Both the position numbers and the translations under genes were made by a program. A stretch of 64,000 nt of DNA from the NCBI RefSeq assembly GCF_030028105.1, contig NC_092379.1, positions 23,615,821 through 23,679,820 of the forward strand, in the 5' to 3' direction. How positions within the stretch are numbered: the stretch's first letter is position 1; each line of letters opens with the position of its first letter. Positions 49,049-59,777 of this stretch are shown piece by piece. The notes beneath the pieces were generated by a model. That model saw nothing but the letters and a program-made list of their open reading frames with translations, was not told the DNA's origin and ran no database searches. The stretch is from Mobula birostris. Lineage: Eukaryota.

Positions 49049-49754
49049 GACGGTACAAACCGCTGGCACAACGCACGTCAGGGCTATATGGATTTTGTAA
49101 GAGATCCAACTATTTTGAGAATGAAGTCTCTTCGTATTTTGCTTGTGAATATCTTCAGAATTTATATTATTTCCTGATTCCAAATATTGTTGTCTGAAAT
49201 GTTTCAGAATGCTAGTAAGGACTTTCAAGACATGAAATATCGTGACATACTTATTGTGTAGATTGGCGTAATCGCTGCTTCTGTTTAAAGACAAACTAGG
49301 AATAAGGTCGTACGGGAGAAAGAGAGAAAGACAAGACGTAAAGACAGACAGTGAGAGAAGGAAACGGAGAGAATAAGTGAGTGCAGCAGATTTGAGATAG
49401 ATAGAAAGATGAAGATAGGTAGGTACAGAGACACATAGAGGGAGGGAACAAGGCAAGCACTGAGACAAATGGAGGAGAACGAAGGGGTGAAGAGAACGGG
49501 AGACGAGAAGAAGAACAAAAGTTAAGAAGGAGAGAGTGAAAGGCAGAAACGATTATACAGAGAAAGTCAAAATCATTGCAAGGCCCGTTGATGGTACTTT
49601 TCATTTCCAGAATTTATTGATTCTGTTTCAGATTTCCCGCATTTGCAGATCATTTGACCTTTTCTGTGTTATGCCTGATTTAAGTTTCGACAGATTATTT
49701 AGAAGATTAGAAACCATTTGTGCAAATTGGAACCAACAATTTTGAAACACTTAC

Positions 49755-49821
49755 TGGGGGCCACGAATAACCTGGTTCCTGGTCTGAATATTATCTTTCC
49801 AGCAACTGAACTCAGTGTATA
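49755..49821 (-). pseudogene. TRAJ: TRAJ ORF/pseudogene (paralogue of 46285)
   Basis: YTLSSVAGKIIFRPGTRLFVAP (FRPG); heptamer CATAGTG-12-ACAAAAAGA; donor GTAAGT. Confidence 0.8.
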
Positions 49822-50577
49822 CATAGTGGTAACTAGCAGTACAAAAAGATTACGCTCTGCATTGCTCGAGGAAAGATCTGCAGAACATTTACTAGCCATT
49901 CCCCAATGGTTTTTGTGACCACTTTGCAAATCTGTTTCCCAGCCTTTCAATTATCACGTCAGCCTACATCCCCTATTCAAAATTAGATTAAATACCACGA
50001 TTGTCATAGTGAATTCTCTCTTCTTCTCCAAATCACCTTACTGGAATTCATTCTGTAGAAGCCGCAATTGAACAGTTTCTCGACTTAATTACAACGAACA
50101 ATATGGATCAATATGTATCTCTAACATCAGACTGAGATCCTGCGTTTCTTAAGCATCTTTAAGAAACCAGTCCTTTCAAATTAGGAATGCCTCCTCTAAC
50201 AAAATTTTAGATTAGATTTACCAAAAAATATAATATTGAAACTGAACTTTTAGACAAATACAAGTACTTTTTTAACAGAAGACTTCTCTAGATGTGGATC
50301 ACAATTATTTTGTTTAATTTAGTTTCAACAGAGTTCCATACATTTATAACTAAATAATGCCCTGAAATATATCTTGACTGTTGAAGAGAGCAGTAGAAGG
50401 CCATGAATTAGCAAGATATCGTCGCTTCCATGTCTGGATTTCGTTCCAGCAGAAAAGGATACTAGGCTCTCTTGGTATGAAGTACTAATACTTCACTAAA
50501 CCAGATAGACTTAATATTGGGACTGGACTAACTGCTGATTGCTGATGACTGGATCACCAGAATACTCTCCTACTTAC

Positions 50578-50640
50578 TTGGTTCTACGGTCAATTTGGTC
50601 TCACCGCCAAATATGAGAGGAGTTGCTCCCATGCCATTCG
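50578..50640 (-). CDS. TRAJ: TRAJ with FGGE motif, signals intact
   Basis: NGMGATPLIFGGETKLTVEP; CACAACG(50641)-12-ACAAAAATC; GTAAGT. Confidence 0.8.
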
Positions 50641-50879
50641 CACAACGCTTAACTCCGTCACAAAAATCATTTCCAGTCATCACTGAGTTATTCTTTTACC
50701 CTATGCAATCTAGCCAAAGAAAGCAAGTTTTGGAACTAGGCACCAATTTCATTCCATCCTGACCTGTTCCTGGTCCATATTGGGACCACTTCCTTAATAA
50801 TTCCTTCTTTTCTCTCCATGAACAGACAGAAAAAAACGGACAGAGAAAAAATTGTTGGATTTCTGTTTGAAACACTTAC

Positions 50880-50939
50880 TAGGCGTTACTGTTAACTTCG
50901 TCCCTGGGCCGAACGTTAGCTTTACTCCACCAGAACTCA
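50880..50939 (-). CDS. TRAJ: TRAJ, intact
   Basis: SSGGVKLTFGPGTKLTVTP; CACAGTA(50940)-12-ACAAAAACA; GTAAGT. Confidence 0.93.
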
Positions 50940-51329
50940 CACAGTATTAATCACCGGTACAAAAACACTTTGGGTTTATCTTGATTCCTGGAATGGCTAA
51001 AAGATGGCTGTTCGATACATTAGAAACTTGACGTTAGATTGATCTCTGATCGTTAGAGAAATAATGCCCAGTGATTGCTCCCTCTGCCTGAAACAGATTT
51101 AAGGAATAAGGAAATCTTATTTTTTGATTTTATCAATTAGATTGGGACCGGGATTTCTGCAAGTTGGTACCAAAATATCTAAATGAATTTGTTGCAAATT
51201 TGTAAATACGTGACATATCCCGCAGCTCAGAATCATTGAGTCACACAACATGGAAAAAGGCTTTGCGGCTCATAGAGTTCATCATCCATTTCCACTAATC
51301 TTACATGAATCCCATAGTATATTCATCAT

Positions 51330-51555
51330 AATCCCATCAACACCCCAGAATCTTACCTACACGTCAGGAGCAATTTAGAGTGGTAAATTAACCTACTGAT
51401 ACGTACTTATTTAGGATTTGTGAGGGGAACAAATTGCCAGAGGAAACCCACTCGGTCACTGGGAGAATGGCAAACTTCACATAGACATCGCTGGTTTGGA
51501 GGTGAGCCTCTAGAATTGTGATGTAGATGCTGAACCTGCTCTGCCAGTGTCACTG
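51330..51555 (-). mobile_element. SINE (HE1-like)
   Basis: gaggaaacccactcggtcactgggagaatggcaaacttcacatagaca... Confidence 0.65.
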
Positions 51556-51739
51556 AGTTGAAGCTTTGTGTCAGTGTATCACTGCTAAATATTTCCTGCA
51601 TTTCAAGTTTTCAGCATTGACAATTTAATTTTTGCTCTCTGCGTGCTACTTCCTCTTTTGATTTCGACGAGGACTTTGACAGTCCGTGAACTAGATCAAT
51701 CGTTTGGGAAACTTGCGAATTGGGTTTAAATTTACTTAC

Positions 51740-51806
51740 TAAGTGTCGCGGTTAACCTTGTTCCTGAACCGAGCGTTAAATCTCCAATACCCCCAGCAGT
51801 AATACA
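51740..51806 (-). CDS. TRAJ: TRAJ with LGSG motif (ORF class)
   Basis: CITAGGIGDLTLGSGTRLTATL; CACAGTA(51807)-12-AAGAAAAAC (weak nonamer); GTAAGT. Confidence 0.65.
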
Positions 51807-52603
51807 CACAGTACCACTACCAGTAAAGAAAAACAAACACCTGGGCATTCGTTGTTACAGACAATAAGTGTTTCATGCGCAATTCCTCAATTGTCTTTAT
51901 ATTTGGGTTCCGTTTGTATTTCGGGCCCCAAGCCTTATAATGATCTCGCCAGAACACAATTCTCTGTTTTATGTTAAAAGAGTGCCCTCGATGACAATAT
52001 TAAAAACATGGCTCACTGATATGAAAACTTTACCATAGTTCACTCTGTAGAACTCTCAAATGAACAGTTGCACGAATTATAAACAATAAACCAGAGGGAA
52101 CAAGATATACCTCCGACACCTGAATGTAACCTGACTTTAATTTCTGGAATAGCTTAGGGAAACATGTCCTTCGAATTAAGGAATGTATACTTCTGATTAG
52201 ATTTCGAAACAGTTTTAATATGAAATGCAGAGGCTAAGCAGTATTGTTAGATCCTACCGGGGGTTTATCTAACGGGAAATTTCTCCAGATGTGGATTAAC
52301 ATGTACTTTTCTATTCAGGTACAACATTACTAAAAGAACCTGCAGACAACTGTGAGCATTTGCAAATAAATCATAATGGATCATGATTATTGAGCATCCA
52401 ATTGATCACAGGAATGACATAAGGGGACAACATATTGTAGCTGACATGCCTAGATGTTCTTCCAACAGGAAATTATTCTTGGATCTAAGGGTATCCTTTG
52501 AGTATATGGCAACAAATCTTCAAAAAAGCACATAATCTTTCTATTAGTATTTGACAAATTGGTGGTTGTTGATAACTGAAACAACAACGTGACTTCTGTC
52601 TTC

Positions 52604-52667
52604 TGTGTTCTTTGGTCAGTTTGACCCCTCCTCCATATATCAGTGAACTTGCTGTTCCCGCATTCTC
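52604..52667 (-). pseudogene. TRAJ: TRAJ pseudogene
   Basis: ENAGTASSLIYGGGVKLTKEH (in ORF 52485-52718); RSS disrupted by poly-C; donor GAAGAC. Confidence 0.7.
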
Positions 52668-53006
52668 TCCCCCCCCACCAGCATCAGTGAATCCCGTCGA
52701 AAAGAGAAGCACAATCAACTCTTACACAGCGAAGCAAACAGTCTATCTTAAATTCCCCTCTGACCTGCCCCTAGTCCATTTCAGAATATTTCCTCCGTTT
52801 GTTCGCCACCCCACTCTTTTCATTCCCAACACAGGATTGTCTCCTCTCCGGATTATAACTGGACATCTTCTGCCAATACTATTTGCGGCACATTAAAGTC
52901 TATTCTTTAAGAAGGCTTCTGCATATATAAATTGGAATGGGGCCCGTTCTCGTGTCCAGATCAAAAACTGTAACAGATAGAACAGAATTCTGTCGGAAAC
53001 ACTTAC

Positions 53007-53066
53007 TTGGAGTCACTGTTAATCTCGTCCCTGACCCGAATATTAGCTTCTGATTGCCAGCATCCA
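53007..53066 (-). CDS. TRAJ: TRAJ, intact
   Basis: DAGNQKLIFGSGTRLTVTP; CACAGTG(53067)-12-ACAAAAACA; GTAAGT. Confidence 0.93.
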
Positions 53067-53927
53067 CACAGTGCTAATCCTTGATACAAAAACACCACGC
53101 TTATTTTGATCCTGGAACTGACATCTTAGTTCTTTGCAATTTGATTTTCCACCTCCTTTTCGTATGCAATAACCGATTTCTCTCGAAGATAATCACTATC
53201 AGCTCAATGTTCTGCGCTTCTATCACTTTAGTACAGCTGAACAAACTGCGTTCTTTAATCTCGCGGTTCTGCAGTATTGACTTCACAGAAATAATTAAAG
53301 GAAATAAGGATTTTCGTGCTGTTCTTGTGATTAAATGTAGAACATCCTTTACTTTTCAGATACATATATTATTCCTTGAACGTGATCAGATAGATACATA
53401 GGAATCCTTGTATATGAGGTATTTTGACATTAGATTATACGCTGGACGCTTAAGCAAAAACACACAGCTGTTAATTAAATATTAAAAGACTGCTGATACT
53501 CCAAGAGTAAAGTGGCACTATTTCTAGATGTTATATTTCATGCAAGGAGCCGAATAACTTCTTGTTGGCGCTGACTGTCACGAGTGACTTGTTGCAAAAC
53601 AGACAATATTGCACACATATTGCAGGACAGATTCACAGAGCCGTACATCACGGAAAGATGGCCCTTCAGCCAAGTGAGTCAGTCAACAACTCATTTACAC
53701 AAATCCTACAGGAATTCCATTCTATTCTCCCTACATTCCCATCATCTTCCTCAAATCTTCACCTACACCTCTATGCACCCATTTTCGGCATCTCTGGTTC
53801 CTTTATTTTTTGCTGCTGACTATTATACCTTGTCTAGATTTCCACAAGATTTTTGAAACACTGGGAACAAGATCTCACCTTTGTCACCAGGGCAATAAGA
53901 TTTGCAAATTCTGCTTAATATACTTAC

Positions 53928-53993
53928 TGGGTGTCACGGTTAACTTGGTTCCCTGGCCGAATATTAATTTTCCATATCCTGAACCTTCATTCA
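53928..53993 (-). CDS. TRAJ: TRAJ, intact
   Basis: NEGSGYGKLIFGQGTKLTVTP (in ORF 53884-54150); CACAATG(53994)-12-ACAAAAACA; GTAAGT. Confidence 0.93.
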
Positions 53994-54992
53994 CACAATG
54001 CCAACTACAGTTACAAAAACACCGTGTGGTTAAAAGTAATTGTATTCTTTCTAGTGGTATCATTCTACTGACTTCAGATATCTTTGAGTTATTATGCCTG
54101 CTTGTCATTGTGCTGCTCTCAATGTTACTTATGAAAGGCTTATCAATCACGTTGTAAAGTACAAGATTTCCTTGTCAAAAGGGTTCTATGCCTGAATTCC
54201 TGATTAACGAATTGCTACGATTGTTAAAATGGAGCATCAGCGGAATAATATTAAACCCGCTCTGCAATCATTTTACTGATTTTCTCTCTTGAGCTCATCA
54301 TCTTGCTATTTCTTTTTCGATCTGTCTTTCTTTCGTTTCTATTCTTGGATTGTACGGAGATATTTTTAATTTGTACAGACTGCATTCTAAAATGCACTTG
54401 AGGCTTATGTTGGATGAATGTGAAACATAATTAAAACGATACAGGGAGAAAGAAACGAAAGCGAGTGAAATCTTGATAAGCCTGCAGTTTGATTCAGAAG
54501 AGAGCAAAGACGAAGAGACAGGAGCCTATCCACCTAAACGACGCAAATTAAAGGCTCCTGGTACCCATTCCAATAATCTACAGGTTAAATAGAGCCAGGT
54601 GTTCATTAAATATTTAACATATCACTGAACTTTTCCCTCTATCGGCCTCGTAGAGCGAGGAATGGAATGTCTGCATTTGGAATTTAGCACCAGATACGCC
54701 CAATATTACTTGATTGGGGCACAGGATCTCCACGCCAATATATCTTTTTATAAACTAAGATTTCTTATTCTCTGAATTGTTTCAGGTTAAGAATAGGTGC
54801 GTGTTTTCTAACGAAGCCAAAATTTAAGCAGCTTCACCAGGACCATCGGCAGAAGCTGCCTTACCTGCTGACTGTTTAGATCATACACTATATAATTTTT
54901 CTTCAATATCTACAGTTTCTTTGTGAAAATTCAGTTGCAAATTCAATGCTAGAACAACAAAGTCCTGATTTGGTCATGCAGAGGGAACTCAC

Positions 54993-55052
54993 TCGGTTTC
55001 ACAGTTAACCTGGTACCACGTCCGAATATTATCTTGTCATAATTATAACTCA
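54993..55052 (-). CDS. TRAJ: TRAJ, intact
   Basis: SYNYDKIIFGRGTRLTVKP; CACAGTG(55053)-12-ACTAAAAAT; GTGAGT. Confidence 0.92.
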
Positions 55053-55519
55053 CACAGTGTCAATCAGCGGTACTAAAAATTGGAGTATCTTTGGTCACGG
55101 GAAGGACTTCTCTTTTCTCTAGTCTTTCAGGTTTACTTTTCAGATGGAATATTCTCTTTCATGGGAGCGAAATATTTCTCGATCAGTTTATTAGATGAGC
55201 AAATCACCTAGCCATATTTCCTTGATGTGATTTACAACTAAAGTTCGTTTTTAATAGTAATTCGCTGAAGCTCAAATTCTTGCTCAAGTATTGATGCTTT
55301 TGAGTTCGAAGTGCCAATTCTACATGGGGAACGATTTTTAGCAACAATTAAGATGCATTCTCTTCAAGAACAGTTGTAAGAATGAAGAGAAATTGACCTT
55401 GCATATTGCGAACAGATGTAGACCACTCGTAGTAATCAGGTCACAGATTCAAAAATATCTTGGATGATCTAATTAATATTTCAGCTCCGTATTCTCTTCT
55501 ACCCTCAGCGACCTTCTCG

Positions 55520-55700
55520 CCGAGATAGATAGATGGATAGATAGATAAATAGAGAGAGAGAGAGAGATAGAGAGAGAGAGAGATACTAAATTGACCGAGA
55601 AGAGTCGACCTCTCGACCCGAAATGTCTACTATTCATTTCCCTCCATACATTTTGTCTGATCTGCTGAGCTGTTCCAACATTTTCTCCTGTGTTGCTCAT
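55520..55700 (+). mobile_element. (GATA)n(GA)n microsatellite followed by Penelope-like arm
   Basis: ...ctcgacccgaaatgtctactattcatttccctccatacattttgtctgatctgctgagctgttccaacattttctcctgtgttgc. Confidence 0.65.
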
Positions 55701-56136
55701 CAGTAGAATTGCCCCTGCCAAACAACAATCGATTTATTGCATCCTACACGATGCCCATTACGGTCACAAAATCCTTACCAACAAACTTCCCTCCGCTATT
55801 ACCTTCCCCGACCAATCAACTCTATCGTTATTATATTCAGTGAACCTGCAATGGAACGTCCGATTCTAACATTATTCCTTTCACTTCTCTACTACTGCAT
55901 TTCTACGGATAACTGCACATTAGAGTCTCTTAGAAAATAATTTAGAGTTTCCATTTATCATTCACCACCCCCGGAAAACAATTGACTACTTTGGTTAATA
56001 ATTTCAGGAAACAAACAATTAATTGCTTCGTTTTGTCTCTGACATTATCTGGAGAGCCGTGTATTTAAAAAAAAAAAAAAAACACCCGAAGGCCCGACGA
56101 TGGGATCTTTGTGGAATAGCCATTTCAGTCACTTAC

Positions 56137-56196
56137 TTGGCATCACGGTTAGTTTTGTTCCCGCAGCGAATATTAGCCTGTCATTACCCACATTCA
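56137..56196 (-). CDS. TRAJ: TRAJ with FAAG motif, signals intact
   Basis: NVGNDRLIFAAGTKLTVMP; CACAGCC(56197)-12-ATAAAAACT; GTAAGT. Confidence 0.85.
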
Positions 56197-57047
56197 CACA
56201 GCCATTATCACCAATATAAAAACTAACCTCGGATAATCAGACAGCGAAGCATTAAGCTAGTCTCTAAGTCTGTTACTTTCATCGACTTTTAACGTATGAC
56301 GATCTTAATCATGTTCTCTTTCAAAATAATTCACAGCATTTGATCCCGTGTGCTGTGTGGAGGTTGCACTTTTTCCCAGTAATCGCGAAGGCTTCCCTCA
56401 CTGGCGCTGGTTTCCTCCTACTTTTTAAAGGAGTGCTTGGAGGTTATCTGGCGACTGCAAACGGGGGTTTGTGGGCATTCAACAGACAGGGAAGTCAAAA
56501 ATGGAATAGGACTGATGTGATTGTTTTTCCATGAACTGGTACGCACGTGATGGGCTGAGTTGCATTTTTTAGTATCATGACAGACATATGAAAAGTAAAC
56601 TATACACCACTGGCGAATGAAGAGTTATTGCTCAGTAATAATGACGAATGAAGAAAAATATTCACGGTCTGTTACTATCTGACGTGGCATCAACCTGAAG
56701 AGGCTTATTTTTGACAATAATTAGTTTGAATCTAAGATCGAGTATTTGAAGAGGATATTCAGAATAATGCTAATTACCGGCTTCTCCTGTGATGTTTCCA
56801 AGTGCTGCTCTGTAAAATGTTATTGCTTTTTTTAAAAAATAGAATTAATAGAAGGCACATTCTAAATTACAAATGAATTATATGCGGTATGTAAAGAATA
56901 TGGCCATGTTTGCCAATCAGTAGTCATTTTAATGCAAGGTAGCTGCTGTATCAATTTATCGAAAAATTTTGGTTATAGATTAAGGAATATGCTACTGCAT
57001 GACAAGGCACTTAATTACTGAATATTTTAGCAGACTTTCTTACTTAC

Positions 57048-57110
57048 TGGGTTTTACCGTAAGTCTGGTTCCACTCCCAAACTCCAATATATTAGCAACT
57101 CCTTGATTCA
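57048..57110 (-). CDS. TRAJ: TRAJ, intact
   Basis: NQGVANILEFGSGTRLTVKP; CACAACC(57111)-12-ACAAAAACC; GTAAGT. Confidence 0.9.
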
Positions 57111-57458
57111 CACAACCGTTAACACCATCACAAAAACCTCTGTGGTCATATTCAATCACCTCTTCACTACTTCATCCGTTCCAACGGAATGGCTTCCACC
57201 AATTTGTTTCGTTGATTTTCTAATGCCTGAGATGTCATCGATGTGAAAAAAGACGAAAAGCATTGAAAATGCTTTTAAATATGAAATATAGGGTTCTTCC
57301 TATTCCAACATCGTTCATTCCTATAAAACCTCTTTTTCCACGAATTCCTTTCTGAACATTCCTTATTTTGTTTTCTTTGTGAATTGAAAAGAAAGAACCC
57401 GTCACCAGATCTGCCAGTCAGCACCATGTTTGAGAATAAGTGAAGAATTCCCACTTAC

Positions 57459-58231
57459 TGGATGTCACTGTGAGATTATGAACCTTCTATAAGGACACCA
57501 ATCATTACAGAGGGACCAGAAAATGGACAGAGTGAGCAATTCCAAGCCATTGGGTATCAAATCTCCGAGGAACTATCCAGGACCTAGCATGTCGGTGCAG
57601 CTACAAAGAAGGCTCGACAGCGTTTGGCGTTTGAGGAGATTTTATATGTCATACTATGATACTCGTAAATTTCTCCCATGGAGGGCATAATAACTGGCTG
57701 CATCACCGTCTGGTACGGCAGGGTGGAGGGCACCCAATGCAAGGGATCGAAATAAGCTGCAGAGAGTTGTATTCCTAGCTCCATCATGGACACTATCATC
57801 CATTGTATCCAAGAAATCTTCAAGGAGCGATGTCTCAAAAAAGAGGCATCCATCATTAAGGGCCCAAGGATATTCACTGTTGTTATTGCTTTCATCAGGA
57901 AAGAGGGACAAGAGCCTGAAGGCACACACTCATCGATTCAGACACAGTTTGTCCCGCTCTGCCATCGATTGTTGAATGGACATTGAATCCATGAACACTA
58001 CCTCACTACATTTTTATTTTTATTTTTTTGCACTACTTATTTAATTTAACCATTTAATAAATATACTCATTGTAATTCATAGTTTCTTTCTCTAATATTA
58101 TGTATTGCATTGTACTGCTGCTGCAAAGACAACAGATGTCATTACATATGCCGGTGATATTAAACCTGATTCTGATTCTGATTCTCAGTTCCCGTGTCCA
58201 AGGTTAGTCTGAAATTATCAGAATCCACCCA
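57459..58231 (-). pseudogene. TRAJ: TRAJ pseudogene split by a Rex1 insertion
   Basis: 5' half 58184-58231 WVDSDNFRLTLDTGTE with GACAGTA-12-GCAAAAACA; 3' half 57459-57477 NLTVTS plus GTAAGT. Confidence 0.7.
57478..58183 (+). mobile_element. Rex1/Babar-type non-LTR retrotransposon 3' fragment
   Basis: Encodes KKARQRL... and MEGIITGCITVWYG RT C-terminal motifs; 3'UTR ends taaacctgattctgattctgattct. Confidence 0.85.
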
Positions 58232-58735
58232 GACAGTAACTGTCACTGATGCAAAAACACCCTGGGACAATTTGTTATACAGAAGAGCGTTCAGAGTCTA
58301 GTATAAAACCGTCTACTTGTGTGACAAAGTTCTCTTCGAATTGTTGAGGTTCGCTCCATGACCTTATAATAGCTCTGCCAAATGAGAGTTTTTGCAACCT
58401 CACTAAACAGATCGAGCTGCAACTCAACAAAGAAGAAAGATAATGGACATCAGTAAAGACAGTTATTTATATAAAAATAAAGCGAATTTAGACATTGGCA
58501 TTTCACATCTGAAGCGTTTCAAGGAGAAATGCGTTTTTGGCCGAAACTCTTCAGAATCAAAATAACCTATTTCGGTTACAAATGAACACTGACGTATTAT
58601 GTACACAGTTCTATCTTCCTTTTCCAAATACGAAATTGCTCTCCCCGTTGGACAGTAAGTAGCACCATCTTATTGAAATGCAATGGAGCTACAGAATGGT
58701 GGTCATTAAATTTATTAATGCGTTGTTTTACTTAC

Positions 58736-58798
58736 TGGGTTTTATGGTCAGTCTGGTCCCTCTTCCAAATATCATTAGATTCACACCACTTAAACTCA
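58736..58798 (-). CDS. TRAJ: TRAJ, intact
   Basis: SLSGVNLMIFGRGTRLTIKP; CACAATG(58799)-12-ACAGGAACC; GTAAGT. Confidence 0.9.
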
Positions 58799-59544
58799 CA
58801 CAATGCATAACATCCTCACAGGAACCTTCCCAGCGGACGCCTATTCAGTGATTACATCTTACTGTAAGCATGCTGTCTCTAGCATCCTTTGTCCTGAGTC
58901 GTTAGATTATGAGCTACTTTGGACGAGAATTCTTGCCAGATTAAGCGGTTTGCATTGTCTTTGATTGTGAAAATTAAAACTCCCCCCCGCGAGGAACCAG
59001 AGGAATTTTCAATTTTTCCACAGGATGAAACCTCATTCGTCTGAGCCTCAAATTGTCAATCTACTTGATGTCTCCTCAGGAATAGCCACATCTCGCCCCA
59101 GTCCTCAAAATAACCAAATGCCGTCCCCCAGGCCCAGAAATAAATCTGGACAACGGTTGTATAACCTTCCTCTATCTTTAGTAATCTCTTCTTCAATTAG
59201 GAAGGCTTTTCTGCAAAGAGCATTTAAGGCACCGTCTGATCAGGACCCAATATAATTGTAGTAGGGTACATTTACTTTGCAATTGGGGTTCGCTTGTAAT
59301 ATAGTTTACTTTACTTGGTTTACCTCGCTTGTGCATTGCTATTCATGTTACAAATCTCCCTCTAAATATTAACTGCTTCCACAACTAATAGCAACATTTA
59401 TCTTTATTCTATCAAATCGGATGAAGTCGCATTTCCCCCATATGTACCATCTCCTAAACCATTCTCCTAGAGATTCCATATCCCATTCAAGTGCACCTGC
59501 AGCACTATATCAATCCAGAAAAAGAAGCATTACGAAGAAGCACT

Positions 59545-59701
59545 AACAACAAGAATTCTGCAGATGCTGGAAATTCAAGCAACACACATCAAAGTCTCGG
59601 CCAGGGTCTCGTCAGGGTCTCGGCCTGAAACGTTGACTGCACCTCTTCCTACAGATGCTACCTGGCCTGCTGCGTTCACCAGCAACTTTGATGTGTGTTG
59701 C
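59545..59701. mobile_element. Penelope-like inverted-repeat insertion with 13-bp TSD
   Basis: TSD ACGAAGAAGCACT at 59532-59544 and 59702-59714; 17-bp inverted repeat GCAACACACATCAAAGT (59579) / ACTTTGATGTGTGTTGC (59685). Confidence 0.85.
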
Positions 59702-59717
59702 ACGAAGAAGCACTCAC

Positions 59718-59777
59718 TGGTTGTAACGATTAACTTCGTCCCAGGGCCGAATGTTAACCTATTATCACCAGCATACA
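59718..59777 (-). CDS. TRAJ: TRAJ, intact
   Basis: YAGDNRLTFGPGTKLIVTT (ORF 59575-59778); CACAGTA(59778)-12-GCAAAAACG; GTGAGT. Confidence 0.92.

Noticed and set aside
59305-59395. Possible fragmented J (…KQLIFRG… and GKP plus GTAAAG)
   Set aside because: The pieces are too far apart and too degenerate, and there is no RSS.
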